Source of the DNA: Blastocatellia bacterium
GTDB lineage: Bacteria; Acidobacteriota; Blastocatellia; UBA7656
DNA length: 64,000 bases
NCBI GenBank assembly: GCA_035249305.1
Contig: DATFGQ010000034.1
Span: 9,168 to 73,167, forward strand
Direction: 5' to 3'
Below the pieces are notes generated by a model. It worked only from the letters and a program-made list of their open reading frames with translations. It had not been told where the DNA came from and searched no databases. Positions 1 to 8,848 of the stretch are shown one piece after another. Position numbers and translations under genes: made by a program. Positions within the stretch are counted from its first letter, which is position 1, and each line of letters opens with the position of its first letter.

Positions 1-255
1 GTACGCGTTGCTTGCTGACGTGAGATACTTCCCGTTGGCCGCCAAGGATACTAATCCGAGGGAGCGTTTGTTGCAAGCAGTTCGACGATAATCTAATAAT
101 ACTTACCGCACTCGACAACGGGCGCTTGTTTACGACCGCGCGGACGTGGTAGATAGCCGGTTGGCCGTTGAAGCATTGCGGGCTAAAGTATATTCTATGC
201 AGGGTCAGTTCATTATATAAGACGGGTGATTCAGTTGTTGAAATCGAGAGTAAAA

Positions 256-1269
256 ATGAATGCGCGCGTGGCTGTGTTGATTGCGGCCGCTTTCGCGAGC
301 TGGGTCGCGGCGGCCCCCGCGCTCGCGCAAGAGGGCTCGAAGCCTCAAGCGGCGCCGCCGCGGTTGATTTCGGATCTGAAGAGCAAGAAGGCCGACACGC
401 GCCGCGCGGCCGCAACCCAGCTCGGGCAGATTCGAGCGCGCGAATCGGTCCGCCCGCTGATCGCCGCGCTGGCGGACGCCGACGTAACGGTGCGCGAAGC
501 GGCGGCCTTCGCCCTTGGGCAGATAGCCGACGCCACGGCCTCGCTCCCCCTGACGCGCGCGCTGGCCGATAAGGACACGGAGGTGCGCGCGTCGGCGGCC
601 TTCGCCTTAGGCATGATCGGCGAGCGCAAATCGCTCCAGGCGCTTTCGGACGCTCTGGCCGACGAAGAGCCGGCCGTGCGCGCGGCGGCGGCCACTGCGC
701 TCGGGCTGATGCAAGACCCCCAGGCCGTGGACGAGCTGGTGGCGATGCTCAACGACCCGTCTTTCGACGTGAGGTATGACGCCGTCTGGGCGCTCGGTTA
801 CATAGGCGAGCCCGACGCGGTCGAACCGCTGAACACAGCGCTGTTGAACTTAAGCTCGCTTCAGGTGAGCGACACGTTGCGCGAAGCATTTCGTCAGAAC
901 GCCCAGAACGCGCTCGAAAGTTTGAGGACGACCGAATACGTCGAGCGCACGCGCCAGCGCATAGTCGAGCCGCCCGACCGCCCGAATGAGCCTAAGACGT
1001 ACTCGATGGCGATCACCCCCGCGACGATTCAGGAATCGGTCCAGCCTGCCCCGACCGAGCGGGCGGACCGCGCGAAGGTCCAGGGCGCGGTCACCCTCAA
1101 AGTTCTTGTGGGGGCCGACGGGCGGGCGGTCCGGGCTTACGTTACGCGCCGCCTGGGCCACGGGCTCGACCACAGGGCCGCAGAAGCTATCTTGCAGTAT
1201 CGATTCATCCCGGCCAAGCAGGGCGGACTGCCGCAGACGACATGGATGAATATCGATGTGAAGTTTTAG
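256..1269 (+). CDS. Secreted HEAT-repeat protein with C-terminal TonB-like domain
   Basis: ORF 226..1269. The internal ATG at 256 gives a classic signal peptide (MNARVAVLIAAAFASWVAAAPALAQ). At least five tandem HEAT/PBS-lyase-like units follow (D.D..VR..AA.ALGQIG pattern), then a Pro-rich linker. The C-terminal VQGAVTLKVLVGADGRA...AEAILQYRFIPAKQGG resembles a TonB C-terminal domain. Confidence 0.7.
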   Translation: MNARVAVLIAAAFASWVAAAPALAQEGSKPQAAPPRLISDLKSKKADTRRAAATQLGQIRARESVRPLIAALADADVTVREAAAFALGQIADATASLPLTRALADKDTEVRASAAFALGMIGERKSLQALSDALADEEPAVRAAAATALGLMQDPQAVDELVAMLNDPSFDVRYDAVWALGYIGEPDAVEPLNTALLNLSSLQVSDTLREAFRQNAQNALESLRTTEYVERTRQRIVEPPDRPNEPKTYSMAITPATIQESVQPAPTERADRAKVQGAVTLKVLVGADGRAVRAYVTRRLGHGLDHRAAEAILQYRFIPAKQGGLPQTTWMNIDVKF

Positions 1270-1313
1270 TAGTCAGTAGCCAGTAGCTTAGATTCTACTG
1301 GCTACTGACCACT
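1268..1313. repeat. Heptamer-built intergenic hairpin (AGTAGYC variant)
   Basis: AGTAGTCAGTAGCCAGTAG / CTACTGGCTACTGACCACT form a 19-bp stem with one mismatch and an 8-nt loop. The arms are tandem heptamers. The element overlaps the stop codon at 1267-1269. Confidence 0.7.
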
Positions 1314-1332
1314 GAGGATTGGAGTAGAAATC

Positions 1333-2202
1333 ATGCCAAGGACAGTGAAGTGCGGATTGATCCAGGCGTCGAACGCCTGTTCGATCGACGAGCCTATCGA
1401 GAAGATCAAGCAGGCCAACATAGAGAAGAATATTCGATTCATCGAAGAGGCGGCCCGGCAGGGCGTCCAGATCATCTGCATGCAGGAGGTCTTCACCACG
1501 CCTTACTTCTGCGCGGAGCAGGACAAGCGGTGGTACGAGGCCGTCGAGCCGATACCCGACGGCCCGACCGTGCGCCTGATGCAAGAGGTCGCGCGCCAGC
1601 ACGGGATGGTCATCATCGTGCCCATCTACGAAGAAGAGATCACGGGCGTCTATTACAACACGGCCGCCGTCATCGACGCCGACGGCAAATACCTCGGCAA
1701 GTACCGCAAGAACCACATACCGCACACTGCGCCGGGCTTCTGGGAGAAGTTCTACTTCAAGCCGGGGAACCTCGGCTACCCCGCCTTCGACACGGCCTTC
1801 GCGCGCATAGGCGTCTACATCTGCTACGACCGCCACTTCCCGGAAGGCGCGCGCGCTCTCGGGCTGGCCGGCGCAGAGATAGTCTTCAACCCTTCGGCGA
1901 CGGTGGCGGGGCTGAGCGAATACCTCTGGGAGCTTGAGCAGCCCGCGCACGCCGTAGCCAACGGGTATTTCGTCGGCGCGATAAACCGCGTGGGCCACGA
2001 ACAGCCGTGGGACATAGGCGAGTTTTACGGGAAGAGTTATTTCTGCAACCCGCGCGGCAAGATCATCTCTCAGGCGTCGCGCGACTCGGACGAGCTGGTC
2101 GTGGCCGACCTCGACCTGGAGCAGATACGCGAGGTGCGCAACGTCTGGCAATTCTTCCGCGACCGCAGGCCCGAAACTTACGAACCGCTTGTAAAGGAAT
2201 AG
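1333..2202 (+). CDS. Carbon-nitrogen hydrolase (nitrilase superfamily; beta-ureidopropionase / N-carbamoyl-amine amidase-like)
   Basis: 289 aa. The Glu-Lys-Cys triad contexts are visible (IICMQE, YRKNHIP, VYICYDRHFPE). GGAG lies 8 nt upstream of the ATG. Confidence 0.85.
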   Translation: MPRTVKCGLIQASNACSIDEPIEKIKQANIEKNIRFIEEAARQGVQIICMQEVFTTPYFCAEQDKRWYEAVEPIPDGPTVRLMQEVARQHGMVIIVPIYEEEITGVYYNTAAVIDADGKYLGKYRKNHIPHTAPGFWEKFYFKPGNLGYPAFDTAFARIGVYICYDRHFPEGARALGLAGAEIVFNPSATVAGLSEYLWELEQPAHAVANGYFVGAINRVGHEQPWDIGEFYGKSYFCNPRGKIISQASRDSDELVVADLDLEQIREVRNVWQFFRDRRPETYEPLVKE

Positions 2203-2270
2203 TGCTGAGTGCTGAGTCCTGAGTAATCGTCTTTCACTCAGGACTCAGCACTCAGCACTCAGCACTTTTT
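2201..2270 (+). terminator. Family A heptamer hairpin (copy A1) with T-tract; likely intrinsic terminator
   Basis: Left arm is AGTGCTG AGTGCTG AGTCCTG AGT, the loop is 10 nt, and the right arm is ACT CAGGACT CAGCACT CAGCACT CAGCACT followed by TTTTT. It overlaps the TAG stop at 2200-2202. Confidence 0.7.
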
Positions 2271-2281
2271 GAGGGACGCTT

Positions 2282-3283
2282 ATGCTCGAATTCGCAATCA
2301 CGTTTAAGCCCGACATGCCGCACGAGCGGATCGTATCGCTCGCCCGCCAGGCCGAGGGCGCGGGGTTCACTTACAGTTGGATATTCGATTCGCACGTCTT
2401 GTGGCAGGAGCCCTACCCGCTGATGACGCTCATCGCCGTAAACACCGAGCGCATGCGGCTGGGCACTTGCGTGACTAACCCGGCCGTGCGCGACGCGACG
2501 GTGACGGCGAGCCTGCTTGCGACGTTGAACCGCATATCCGGCGGGCGTATGGACCTAGGCATAGGCCGTGGCGACAGCTCGCGCCGCGTCATGGGCAAGA
2601 AGCCTACTACGCTTGAGCGGTTAGAAGAGACTGTCAGCGTCATTCGCGACCTGAACGCGGGCAAGAAGCTCGAATACGAAGGGCGCGAGATACAGATGCC
2701 GTGGGCTACGGGCGAAGTCCCGCCGGTCTGGGTCGCGGGCTACGGGCCGAAGGCGCTGCGCTGCGCCGGCCGCATAGGCGACGGCGTGATACTACAGTTC
2801 GCCGACCCGCACCTGATCAAGTGGTGTCTGGGGTTCGTGCGCGAGGGGGCCGAAGAGGCGGGCCGCGACTTCTCGAAGATTCGCGTGATGAGCGCCGCGC
2901 CGGTCTGGGTCTCGGACGACCTGGCTAAGGCGCGCGACCATGTGCGCTGGTTCCCCGCGCTAGTCTCCAACCACGTCGTAGACCTTGTGTCTCGTTACAA
3001 GCCTGAAGAGCTGCCTGAAGAGCTGACCAGTTTTATACGCGACCGCAAGGGCTACAACTATCTGCACCACGCCGAGGTGGGAAGCTCGAACGCGGAGTTC
3101 GTGACCGACGACATAGTCGACCGCTTCGCGATAGTCGGGCCGGCGTCAGAGCACGTGCGAAGGCTCAGCGAGCTGGCCGACGTGGGAGTGACGCAATTCA
3201 ACATCTACCTGATGAGCGGGGACGAAGAGGATACTGTCGAGCAATATGGCCGCGACGTGTTGCCGGCGCTCAATCTCGGGTGA
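2282..3283 (+). CDS. Luciferase-like (LLM) flavin/F420-dependent oxidoreductase
   Basis: 333 aa. LLM-type motifs are present (FTYSWIFDSHVLWQEPY, GGRMDLGIGRGDS, VWVAGYGPKAL). The RBS GAGGGA precedes the ATG. Confidence 0.8.
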   Translation: MLEFAITFKPDMPHERIVSLARQAEGAGFTYSWIFDSHVLWQEPYPLMTLIAVNTERMRLGTCVTNPAVRDATVTASLLATLNRISGGRMDLGIGRGDSSRRVMGKKPTTLERLEETVSVIRDLNAGKKLEYEGREIQMPWATGEVPPVWVAGYGPKALRCAGRIGDGVILQFADPHLIKWCLGFVREGAEEAGRDFSKIRVMSAAPVWVSDDLAKARDHVRWFPALVSNHVVDLVSRYKPEELPEELTSFIRDRKGYNYLHHAEVGSSNAEFVTDDIVDRFAIVGPASEHVRRLSELADVGVTQFNIYLMSGDEEDTVEQYGRDVLPALNLG

Positions 3284-3315
3284 ATGTTCTACTAGTGTAT
3301 TAGAAAAGTGAGTAA

Positions 3316-3520
3316 AAGCCCTGAAAGGGCTTCATTCAATAGCCCGGCGCAACGCGCCGGGTGACGCGTCATACGAGACGAAGCCCTGAAAGGGCGCGAT
3401 AAGAGTATCGCCCTTTCAGGGCTTCTCATTATTAACAACTCGGTTCCAGGGGCGTTGCCCCTGGCTATTAAATTTCGCCTCTTCGAGGCTTCTTATAGAA
3501 TCGCCGCCCCTCCGGAGCTT
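3316..3520. repeat. Family B composite tetraloop-hairpin repeat (copy B1, inverted orientation)
   Basis: A string of near-perfect hairpins: AAGCCC-TGAAA-GGGCTT, CCCGGCGC-AAC-GCGCCGGG, a 16-bp stem AAGCCCTGAAAGGGCG/CGCCCTTTCAGGGCTT, CCAGGGGC-GTT-GCCCCTGG and GCCTC-TTCG-GAGGC. It is the reverse complement of the cores at about 15740-15880 and 37335-37470. It sits between convergent genes. Confidence 0.85.
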
Positions 3521-3546
3521 GCCTTTGCAGACTTTTCAGTGACCCT

Positions 3547-4089
3547 CTAACAACGCAGCTCCTCGTCGGCGGAGATGGTCGTAGAGTACTTCTCCTGTTT
3601 GAACGGCTTGAACCCGCGCTTGAGGTAATTAGGCATCGCCGCCGGATCGTCGAGCGTGCAGGTGTGTAGCCAAACCCTGTTGGCTCCCTCCGACCACGCG
3701 CGCTCGACCGCCGCGCTCAACAGGTGCTTGCCCAACCCGCGGCCCAAGAACTCCGGCAGCAGTCCGAAGTAGGCGATCTCGGTCGAGCCGTCTTCGTACC
3801 TCAAAAGCTCGAAATACCCGGCAGGCGCTCCGTCATAATACATCACCCAGAGCGTGATCGATTCATTAGCCAGATGCGCGCGGATCTCTTCGTCGGTCCA
3901 CGCGAGTCGGTCTACCCAGTGGTAAAACCGCCCGACCTCTCTGTAGAGGTAGCGGTAAAACGAGGCCGGGCACTCGCGCACCTGCTCGATCCGCAGCCGG
4001 CTGTCGTTCAGGCGCGCGGGCTCAAGCTCTTCGGGCGCGCGCATCTCTAAGTAGGTCCGCGTCACTTCTACGCTCTTGTCGTCACTCAT
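3547..4089 (-). CDS. GNAT family N-acetyltransferase
   Basis: The ORF runs to 4194, but the ATG at 4089 (MSDDKSV) abuts the stop of the upstream gene at 4092. The acetyl-CoA motif RGLGKHLL is present and the C-terminal MPNYLKRGF is typical of GNAT. Confidence 0.75.
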   Translation of the reverse strand: MSDDKSVEVTRTYLEMRAPEELEPARLNDSRLRIEQVRECPASFYRYLYREVGRFYHWVDRLAWTDEEIRAHLANESITLWVMYYDGAPAGYFELLRYEDGSTEIAYFGLLPEFLGRGLGKHLLSAAVERAWSEGANRVWLHTCTLDDPAAMPNYLKRGFKPFKQEKYSTTISADEELRC

Positions 4090-4091
4090 CG

Positions 4092-5060
4092 CTATAGCCT
4101 TCTCGCCGCGGCCAGGAATCGCTCTGCTTCGGCTTTCATGAATGGACCGAAATTCGGGCGGTTCTCTTTCGCGCGCGCAAGCACGCGGCGGCAAGTCTCG
4201 TTCAGCTTCGCGCGGTTCTTGAGCCCCTGGTATATCCTCATCATGTAACGCGCGAAAGTCTGATTGTCGGGATACCTTTCGTAAAGCTTGCGCGCGACGG
4301 GCTCGGCCAGATCGAAAAGATTCTCTTTGAACGTGTATATCTCGACTAAGGCGAGCTGCGCGTCGACGCGCGTGAGCGGCGCGCGCTCGGCGGCCGTCTT
4401 CAAATACTGCAAGCCCTTTTCGCGGTCGCCGATCGGGAGCGATTTCGCCCCGAGCACGGCCGTTGCGAGCCGGCCCAGCGAAGTGTCTGTCAGCAACCCG
4501 ACCTGGTAATAAATATTCCCCGCCGCGAAATAGGCGTCCGCGTAATCCGGGGTGAGCTTCATAAGCTCGTCAAAGTTGTTCTGCGCCGCGCGCGCCGCCC
4601 GCGCCGCCGGTATGGCGTGATTCTGGTACAGGCTCAAGCGCGACCTCAGAGCGTAGGCCGAGCCGAGATAGTAGAACGCCTCTATCTCGTCGGCCTTAGA
4701 TTTCGCCGCGCGCGCGCGAATCAATTCTGCTTTCTTGATCGCCGACGCGAGGAACGCTTCAATCGCGCTGTCGTGATCGCGAACGCCCTGGTCGAGCTTC
4801 GCCGCGTCGACGTAGGACTTCCACACGAGCGCCACCGCGTTGTAAAAATCGCCCGCGGGCGAAGTCGCGTGATCCTGCGAGAGCTTATCGAAACGGCGCG
4901 CGGCTTCCGCGTAGTTGCCCTGGAAGACCAACTCCAACCCTTCGCTGATCTCTTTGGTTTGAGCCTGCGCCGACGGGCCAGACGCGGCGATGAGAAAAAT
5001 GGCGGCGCAAAAAACTGCATATTTGCTTGGCCGTTGCGCGTACTTGATTATGAGCTTCAT
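4092..5060 (-). CDS. Hypothetical secreted all-helical (TPR-like) protein
   Basis: 322 aa. Signal peptide AVFCAAIFLIAASGPSAQAQ. The sequence is helical and Ala/Leu/Tyr-rich (YYLGSAYA, YFAAGNIYYQ). No catalytic motif recognised. Confidence 0.55.
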   Translation of the reverse strand: MKLIIKYAQRPSKYAVFCAAIFLIAASGPSAQAQTKEISEGLELVFQGNYAEAARRFDKLSQDHATSPAGDFYNAVALVWKSYVDAAKLDQGVRDHDSAIEAFLASAIKKAELIRARAAKSKADEIEAFYYLGSAYALRSRLSLYQNHAIPAARAARAAQNNFDELMKLTPDYADAYFAAGNIYYQVGLLTDTSLGRLATAVLGAKSLPIGDREKGLQYLKTAAERAPLTRVDAQLALVEIYTFKENLFDLAEPVARKLYERYPDNQTFARYMMRIYQGLKNRAKLNETCRRVLARAKENRPNFGPFMKAEAERFLAAARRL

Positions 5061-5094
5061 AATAACAACTCACAGCCCGCGAATAAGAGGATTT

Positions 5095-6627
5095 ATGAAA
5101 AGATTCATCACGCCCTTGATATTACTTATCGTTGCCATCCTGGCGCAAACGTCATTCGCCGCCGACAGCGCTAACAAGATCATAGACCGCTACAAGAAGG
5201 CTTCGGGCGGGGGCGCGATCAAGCGCGTCAAAAGCACTTCGATGTCCGGGACGGTGAAGGGGGCCGACGGCGCAGAGGGCCGCTTCGTCTACAGAGTGGC
5301 CGGGCCGGATCGCTTGAGAACCGACATCGACGTGGAAGGCTTCAAGGTGAGCGAGTGTTACAACGGCAAGTCCGCCTGGCGTATGGACGGGCGTGGCCTC
5401 AGGACCCTGCTCGGCGCGGAAGCTAAACGGCTGCGCCTGGAAGCCCTCGTCGCGAACAGCCGCCTGCAAGAGCTCTCGCGCAACCGCATAATCGCCGAGC
5501 CTCCCTCGAAGGCGACGGTCGAAGGGCGCGAGGCGAACGCCATCGAGCTGTCGAAAGACGACGCGCGCGTGAAGATATTCTTCGACGCAAAGACCAACCT
5601 GCCCGTCAAGCAGGAGCGGGAGAGGGCCGAGGGGCTGGAAGAGATTTTTTATGGCGATTACCGCGCCGTCGACGGCGTGATGGAGCCCTTCTCTATCAGG
5701 ATCAAGAACGGCGCGGGAGAACTGACCGTCGCGCTGGATCGCGTCGCGCACAACGCTTCGGTCGACGATACGGCGTTCCGCCACCCGCAGGTGGAAGGCG
5801 CGCGCCCGCTGCCCGACCTCGAAACATTATTCAAAGCCGTGATCGCGAATCAGGAAAAGGTGGAAGAGATGCGCGAGCGGTACAGTTTCCGCGCCTCTGA
5901 GACCGAGCGCAAGCTCGAAAAAGACGGCCGCGTCAAAGAGACAGAGACTAAGGTCTACGACGTGACGCCGGTCGCGGGCTCGTTCGTCGAGCGGCTGATC
6001 AGCGTCAACGGCAAAGAGCTTACGCCGGCCGAGCGCGAGAAGGAGGACCGCCGCGTCGAGAAAGATGTCGAAGAGGCGCTCAAGCGGCGCGAGAAGCGGT
6101 TGAAGAAAGAGGCGCAGGCGCGCGAGCGCGGCAAGAAAGAAGAGGAGGAGGACGACGACATCACCATCCTCGATTTCCTGCGCATCAGCGAAGTGACTTC
6201 CGTGAGGCGCGAGATCTTTCGCGGCCATGAAGTGATCGCTTTCGACTTCGAGCCGCGCAAGGGATTCAAGCCTAAGAACCGCGCCGAGACGATCGTCAGC
6301 AAGCTCGCCGGCACGACATGGGTCGACGAAAACGCCCGCCAGATCGTTCGGCTCGAAGCGCGCCTTACGAACTCTTTCAAGATGGGCGGCGGGCTGCTGG
6401 CGTCTATATCGCCGTCGTCGGCGTTTGCCTTCGAGCAGGAGAAGGTCGGCGACGAATTGTGGCTCCCTTCTTACGGCGAAGCGAACATATCGGCCAGGAT
6501 AATGTTGTTCGCGAAATTCAACCGGAGCATGGAGCGCCGCTACAGCGACTATAAGAAATACCAGATCGACAGCGACTACGAGTTGGCGAAGCCTAAAGAG
6601 AATACGAAGCCCGACAGCCAGCCTTAA
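5095..6627 (+). CDS. Hypothetical secreted protein with a central highly charged K/E/R-rich segment
   Basis: ORF from 4990. The ATG at 5095 is preceded by AAGAGG and gives the signal peptide MKRFITPLILLIVAILAQTSFA. A charged block is present (EKEDRRVEKDVEEALKRREKRLKKEAQARERGKKEEEEDDD). It is divergent from 4092..5060. Confidence 0.6.
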   Translation: MKRFITPLILLIVAILAQTSFAADSANKIIDRYKKASGGGAIKRVKSTSMSGTVKGADGAEGRFVYRVAGPDRLRTDIDVEGFKVSECYNGKSAWRMDGRGLRTLLGAEAKRLRLEALVANSRLQELSRNRIIAEPPSKATVEGREANAIELSKDDARVKIFFDAKTNLPVKQERERAEGLEEIFYGDYRAVDGVMEPFSIRIKNGAGELTVALDRVAHNASVDDTAFRHPQVEGARPLPDLETLFKAVIANQEKVEEMRERYSFRASETERKLEKDGRVKETETKVYDVTPVAGSFVERLISVNGKELTPAEREKEDRRVEKDVEEALKRREKRLKKEAQARERGKKEEEEDDDITILDFLRISEVTSVRREIFRGHEVIAFDFEPRKGFKPKNRAETIVSKLAGTTWVDENARQIVRLEARLTNSFKMGGGLLASISPSSAFAFEQEKVGDELWLPSYGEANISARIMLFAKFNRSMERRYSDYKKYQIDSDYELAKPKENTKPDSQP

Positions 6628-6649
6628 AACAGAGCGGGTGCAAAGTGAA

Positions 6650-6744
6650 TGTAGGGGCAGGGCTTGTCCCTGCCCGGCGGCGCGTAAGCGCCGTACGTCA
6701 TCGAGCTTCGCTCGATCCGGGCAGCCACAAGGGCTGCCCCTACA
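6650..6744. repeat. Family C MITE-like element (copy C1)
   Basis: The imperfect termini TGTAGGGGCAGGGCTTGTCCCTGCCCGG ... CCGGGCAGCCACAAGGGCTGCCCCTACA are about 28 nt each. Each arm is itself an 8-bp hairpin, and there is an internal ATCGAGC-TTC-GCTCGAT hairpin. Confidence 0.75.
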
Positions 6745-6827
6745 GATGATTTGCAATAGGCTCTGAGCCTTTAAAATCCCTTGCTGGACAACCGCGCGAA
6801 CGCGCTGATAAAATCAGCGGCTTTGAA

Positions 6828-7262
6828 ATGGGCGAAGACGGCGACCAGGAGAGTGAAGACCGTGCGGATAGTTTCACGGACCCGGCGGCGGTCGAGCGCC
6901 GCGTCTTGCGCAACATCTTTGCCGTCATAGCGTGCGCCATAGTCGCGGCGGCGTTTGCGGCGGACCTAAGCTTTATGCTCGGGCTCTTGCTCGGCGGGGC
7001 GCTGGCGCTGTTCAACTACAAGTGGCTGCACGCCTCTTTGAAGGTGGCGCTCGCCACCGGCACGGGGAAGGCAGCGCCGGGGACCGTGATGAAATTCGTC
7101 CTCCGCTGGGTCATCATAGGGGCGGCCGTCTATGTAGCAAGTCTCACCGGTTATTTCAACCCGGTGGCGATCCTGGCAGGCTTGCTCTCGCCCGCCGTGG
7201 CCGTCATGATAGAAGCAGGATACGTTACATACAAAACCATAGTTCGCAACGGAGAAGAGTAA
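6828..7262 (+). CDS. atpI: ATP synthase protein I-like small membrane protein
   Basis: 144 aa. Two to four hydrophobic helices (FAVIACAIVAAAFAADLSFMLGLLLGGALALFNYKWL, VLRWVIIGAAVYVASL). It lies immediately upstream of atpB, with a 3-nt gap. Confidence 0.5.
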   Translation: MGEDGDQESEDRADSFTDPAAVERRVLRNIFAVIACAIVAAAFAADLSFMLGLLLGGALALFNYKWLHASLKVALATGTGKAAPGTVMKFVLRWVIIGAAVYVASLTGYFNPVAILAGLLSPAVAVMIEAGYVTYKTIVRNGEE

Positions 7263-7265
7263 CGA

Positions 7266-8114
7266 ATGTTAGCCGCCGAAGCGCATCACGTCCCGTTCAT
7301 AGTCGAGCAGGTCAACCACTATCTCGGCCCGCCGGTGCTTGAGATTCAGAAGGCGATAATGCCCTCGATATACGGGCTGTTCGGCGCGCACTGGCACGAG
7401 CCCGCGCCGGGCGAGCTGATAATCCCCGCGCACGTCATCTGGGCGATCCTTTTGATGATAATCGTCACCGTAGCCGTGCTGCTTCTTCGCGGGAAGCTAT
7501 CGGTCGACAGGCCGTCGAAGGGGCAGCAGGTGCTCGAAGTGGTCGTCGAGCAGATTCGCGGCATGCTCGATCAGGTCATAGGCCCGTACGGGCGGCGCTA
7601 CGTCCCGGTCGTCGGCACATTCGCGGTCTTCATCTTGATAGGCAACCTGATGGGGCTTATCCCCGAGCTCGGAGCGCCGACCGAGAACATAAACGTCACG
7701 GGCGCGCTCGGGCTCACGTCGTTCCTCTATTACATCTCGATGGGTTTCCGCCAGCAGGGCATACGCTACTTGAAGCACTTCACGGGCGGGTTGACCGGGG
7801 TGATGCTGCCGACGCTCGGCATACTGATCTTCGTAGTCGAGATACTATCGAACACAGTGCGGCCGGTCACGCTCTCGCTCAGGCTGTTCGTAAACATGTT
7901 CGCGGACCATCAGATCGCCGGGGTCTTTTTGGATTTAGCGCCGTGGCTCGTTCCGATCTTTACGATCATGCTCGGCGTGTTCGTATCGTTCGTGCAGACG
8001 TTCATCTTCATAATGCTCTCGATGGTTTATTTGTCAGAGACCGTGCCGCACGAAGAGCACGACGACGAAGAGTCGCACGGGCACGGACACGAAGCGGTAG
8101 CAGAAGCGCACTAA
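7266..8114 (+). CDS. atpB: F0F1 ATP synthase subunit a
   Basis: 282 aa polytopic protein. It carries the signature Arg context VTLSLRLFVNMFADHQIAG. Confidence 0.9.
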   Translation: MLAAEAHHVPFIVEQVNHYLGPPVLEIQKAIMPSIYGLFGAHWHEPAPGELIIPAHVIWAILLMIIVTVAVLLLRGKLSVDRPSKGQQVLEVVVEQIRGMLDQVIGPYGRRYVPVVGTFAVFILIGNLMGLIPELGAPTENINVTGALGLTSFLYYISMGFRQQGIRYLKHFTGGLTGVMLPTLGILIFVVEILSNTVRPVTLSLRLFVNMFADHQIAGVFLDLAPWLVPIFTIMLGVFVSFVQTFIFIMLSMVYLSETVPHEEHDDEESHGHGHEAVAEAH

Positions 8115-8389
8115 TCGTTGCTTTTGATTTGGGGCGCGCGGGGTAGAGCTCTTAATAGAAGTTCGCAGCACGCATCGCTGGAGCCTTGCGACAATTAGGG
8201 GGAAGCAAGCGCATACCGGGTCCGTGGAAATAATGCCCGAGCTTTACTGTCGACGCTCCTCCGTTTGATAACCCGCGCGGCGGATGCTAAGGCCAGGCGT
8301 CGGATGCCAGCCGTATACCTTCTTTATAATCAAGCTGACATCCGGAGTCGGGCGTCTGCGACCCGCGGCGCAAAACCTGGAGGAGAGAA

Positions 8390-8725
8390 ATGATTAAAGT
8401 CAGATTGTTTGTGATGTCAGCGTTGATGATGCTGCTGGTCGTAGGGACCGCTATGGCGCAGGGTGCGCCAGGGGCCGCCGGTGAGCCGAACGCGGGCGGC
8501 GGCAGCAGTTGGGTATTCCCGGCCATCCCGGCGTTCGCGGTCGCGATAGCGGCGTTCGGCGGCGCGCTCGGCGACGGCAAGGCGATCGCCGCGGCTTGCG
8601 AAGGCACGGCCCGCAACCCCGGCGCTGGCGGCCGCATATTCACGATGCTGCTGCTGGGCCTGGCGCTCATCGAGACGCTCGTGCTCTTCACGTTCTTGAC
8701 GCTGTTCATAGTGCCCGCGAGGTAA
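8390..8725 (+). CDS. atpE: F0F1 ATP synthase subunit c with an N-terminal signal-like extension
   Basis: 111 aa. The c-ring hairpin is present: GDGKAIAAACEGTARNPGAGGRIF loop region and the carboxylate helix LGLALIETLVLF. The RBS is GGAGGAG. The N-terminal 40 aa or so (MIKVRLFVMSALMMLLVVGTAMAQGAPGAAG) looks like a cleavable leader. Confidence 0.85.
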   Translation: MIKVRLFVMSALMMLLVVGTAMAQGAPGAAGEPNAGGGSSWVFPAIPAFAVAIAAFGGALGDGKAIAAACEGTARNPGAGGRIFTMLLLGLALIETLVLFTFLTLFIVPAR

Positions 8726-8848
8726 GACGCCCGCGGCGTTGATTGAGGGGAGGCTTCGGCCTCCCTTTTTCATTTGTGCGCGGCGGCAGAAGCTATGATA
8801 ATCTGAAATCACACGCGTGATCATAACTTTCATCGGAGACAAGAAATC

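Noticed and set aside
2-91. Possible 3' end of an upstream plus-strand CDS (...YALLADVRYFPLAAKDTNPRERLLQAVRR stop at 89-91).
   Set aside because: Only 29 codons are visible and there is no motif. Another frame also closes at 16-18. It cannot be supported from the window.
5827-6756. 309-aa minus-strand ORF antisense to 5095..6627.
   Set aside because: It is a shadow ORF of a GC-rich gene, Arg/Leu/Ala-rich and of low complexity. Its N-terminus is encoded by the family C repeat. The sense-strand gene has a signal peptide and an RBS.
8114-8390. An internal promoter (TATAAT at about 8325) or regulatory RNA in the 275-nt atpB-atpE spacer.
   Set aside because: The -10-like hexamer has no convincing -35 or extended -10, and I found no stable conserved-looking structure. 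It is mentioned only under the atp finding.
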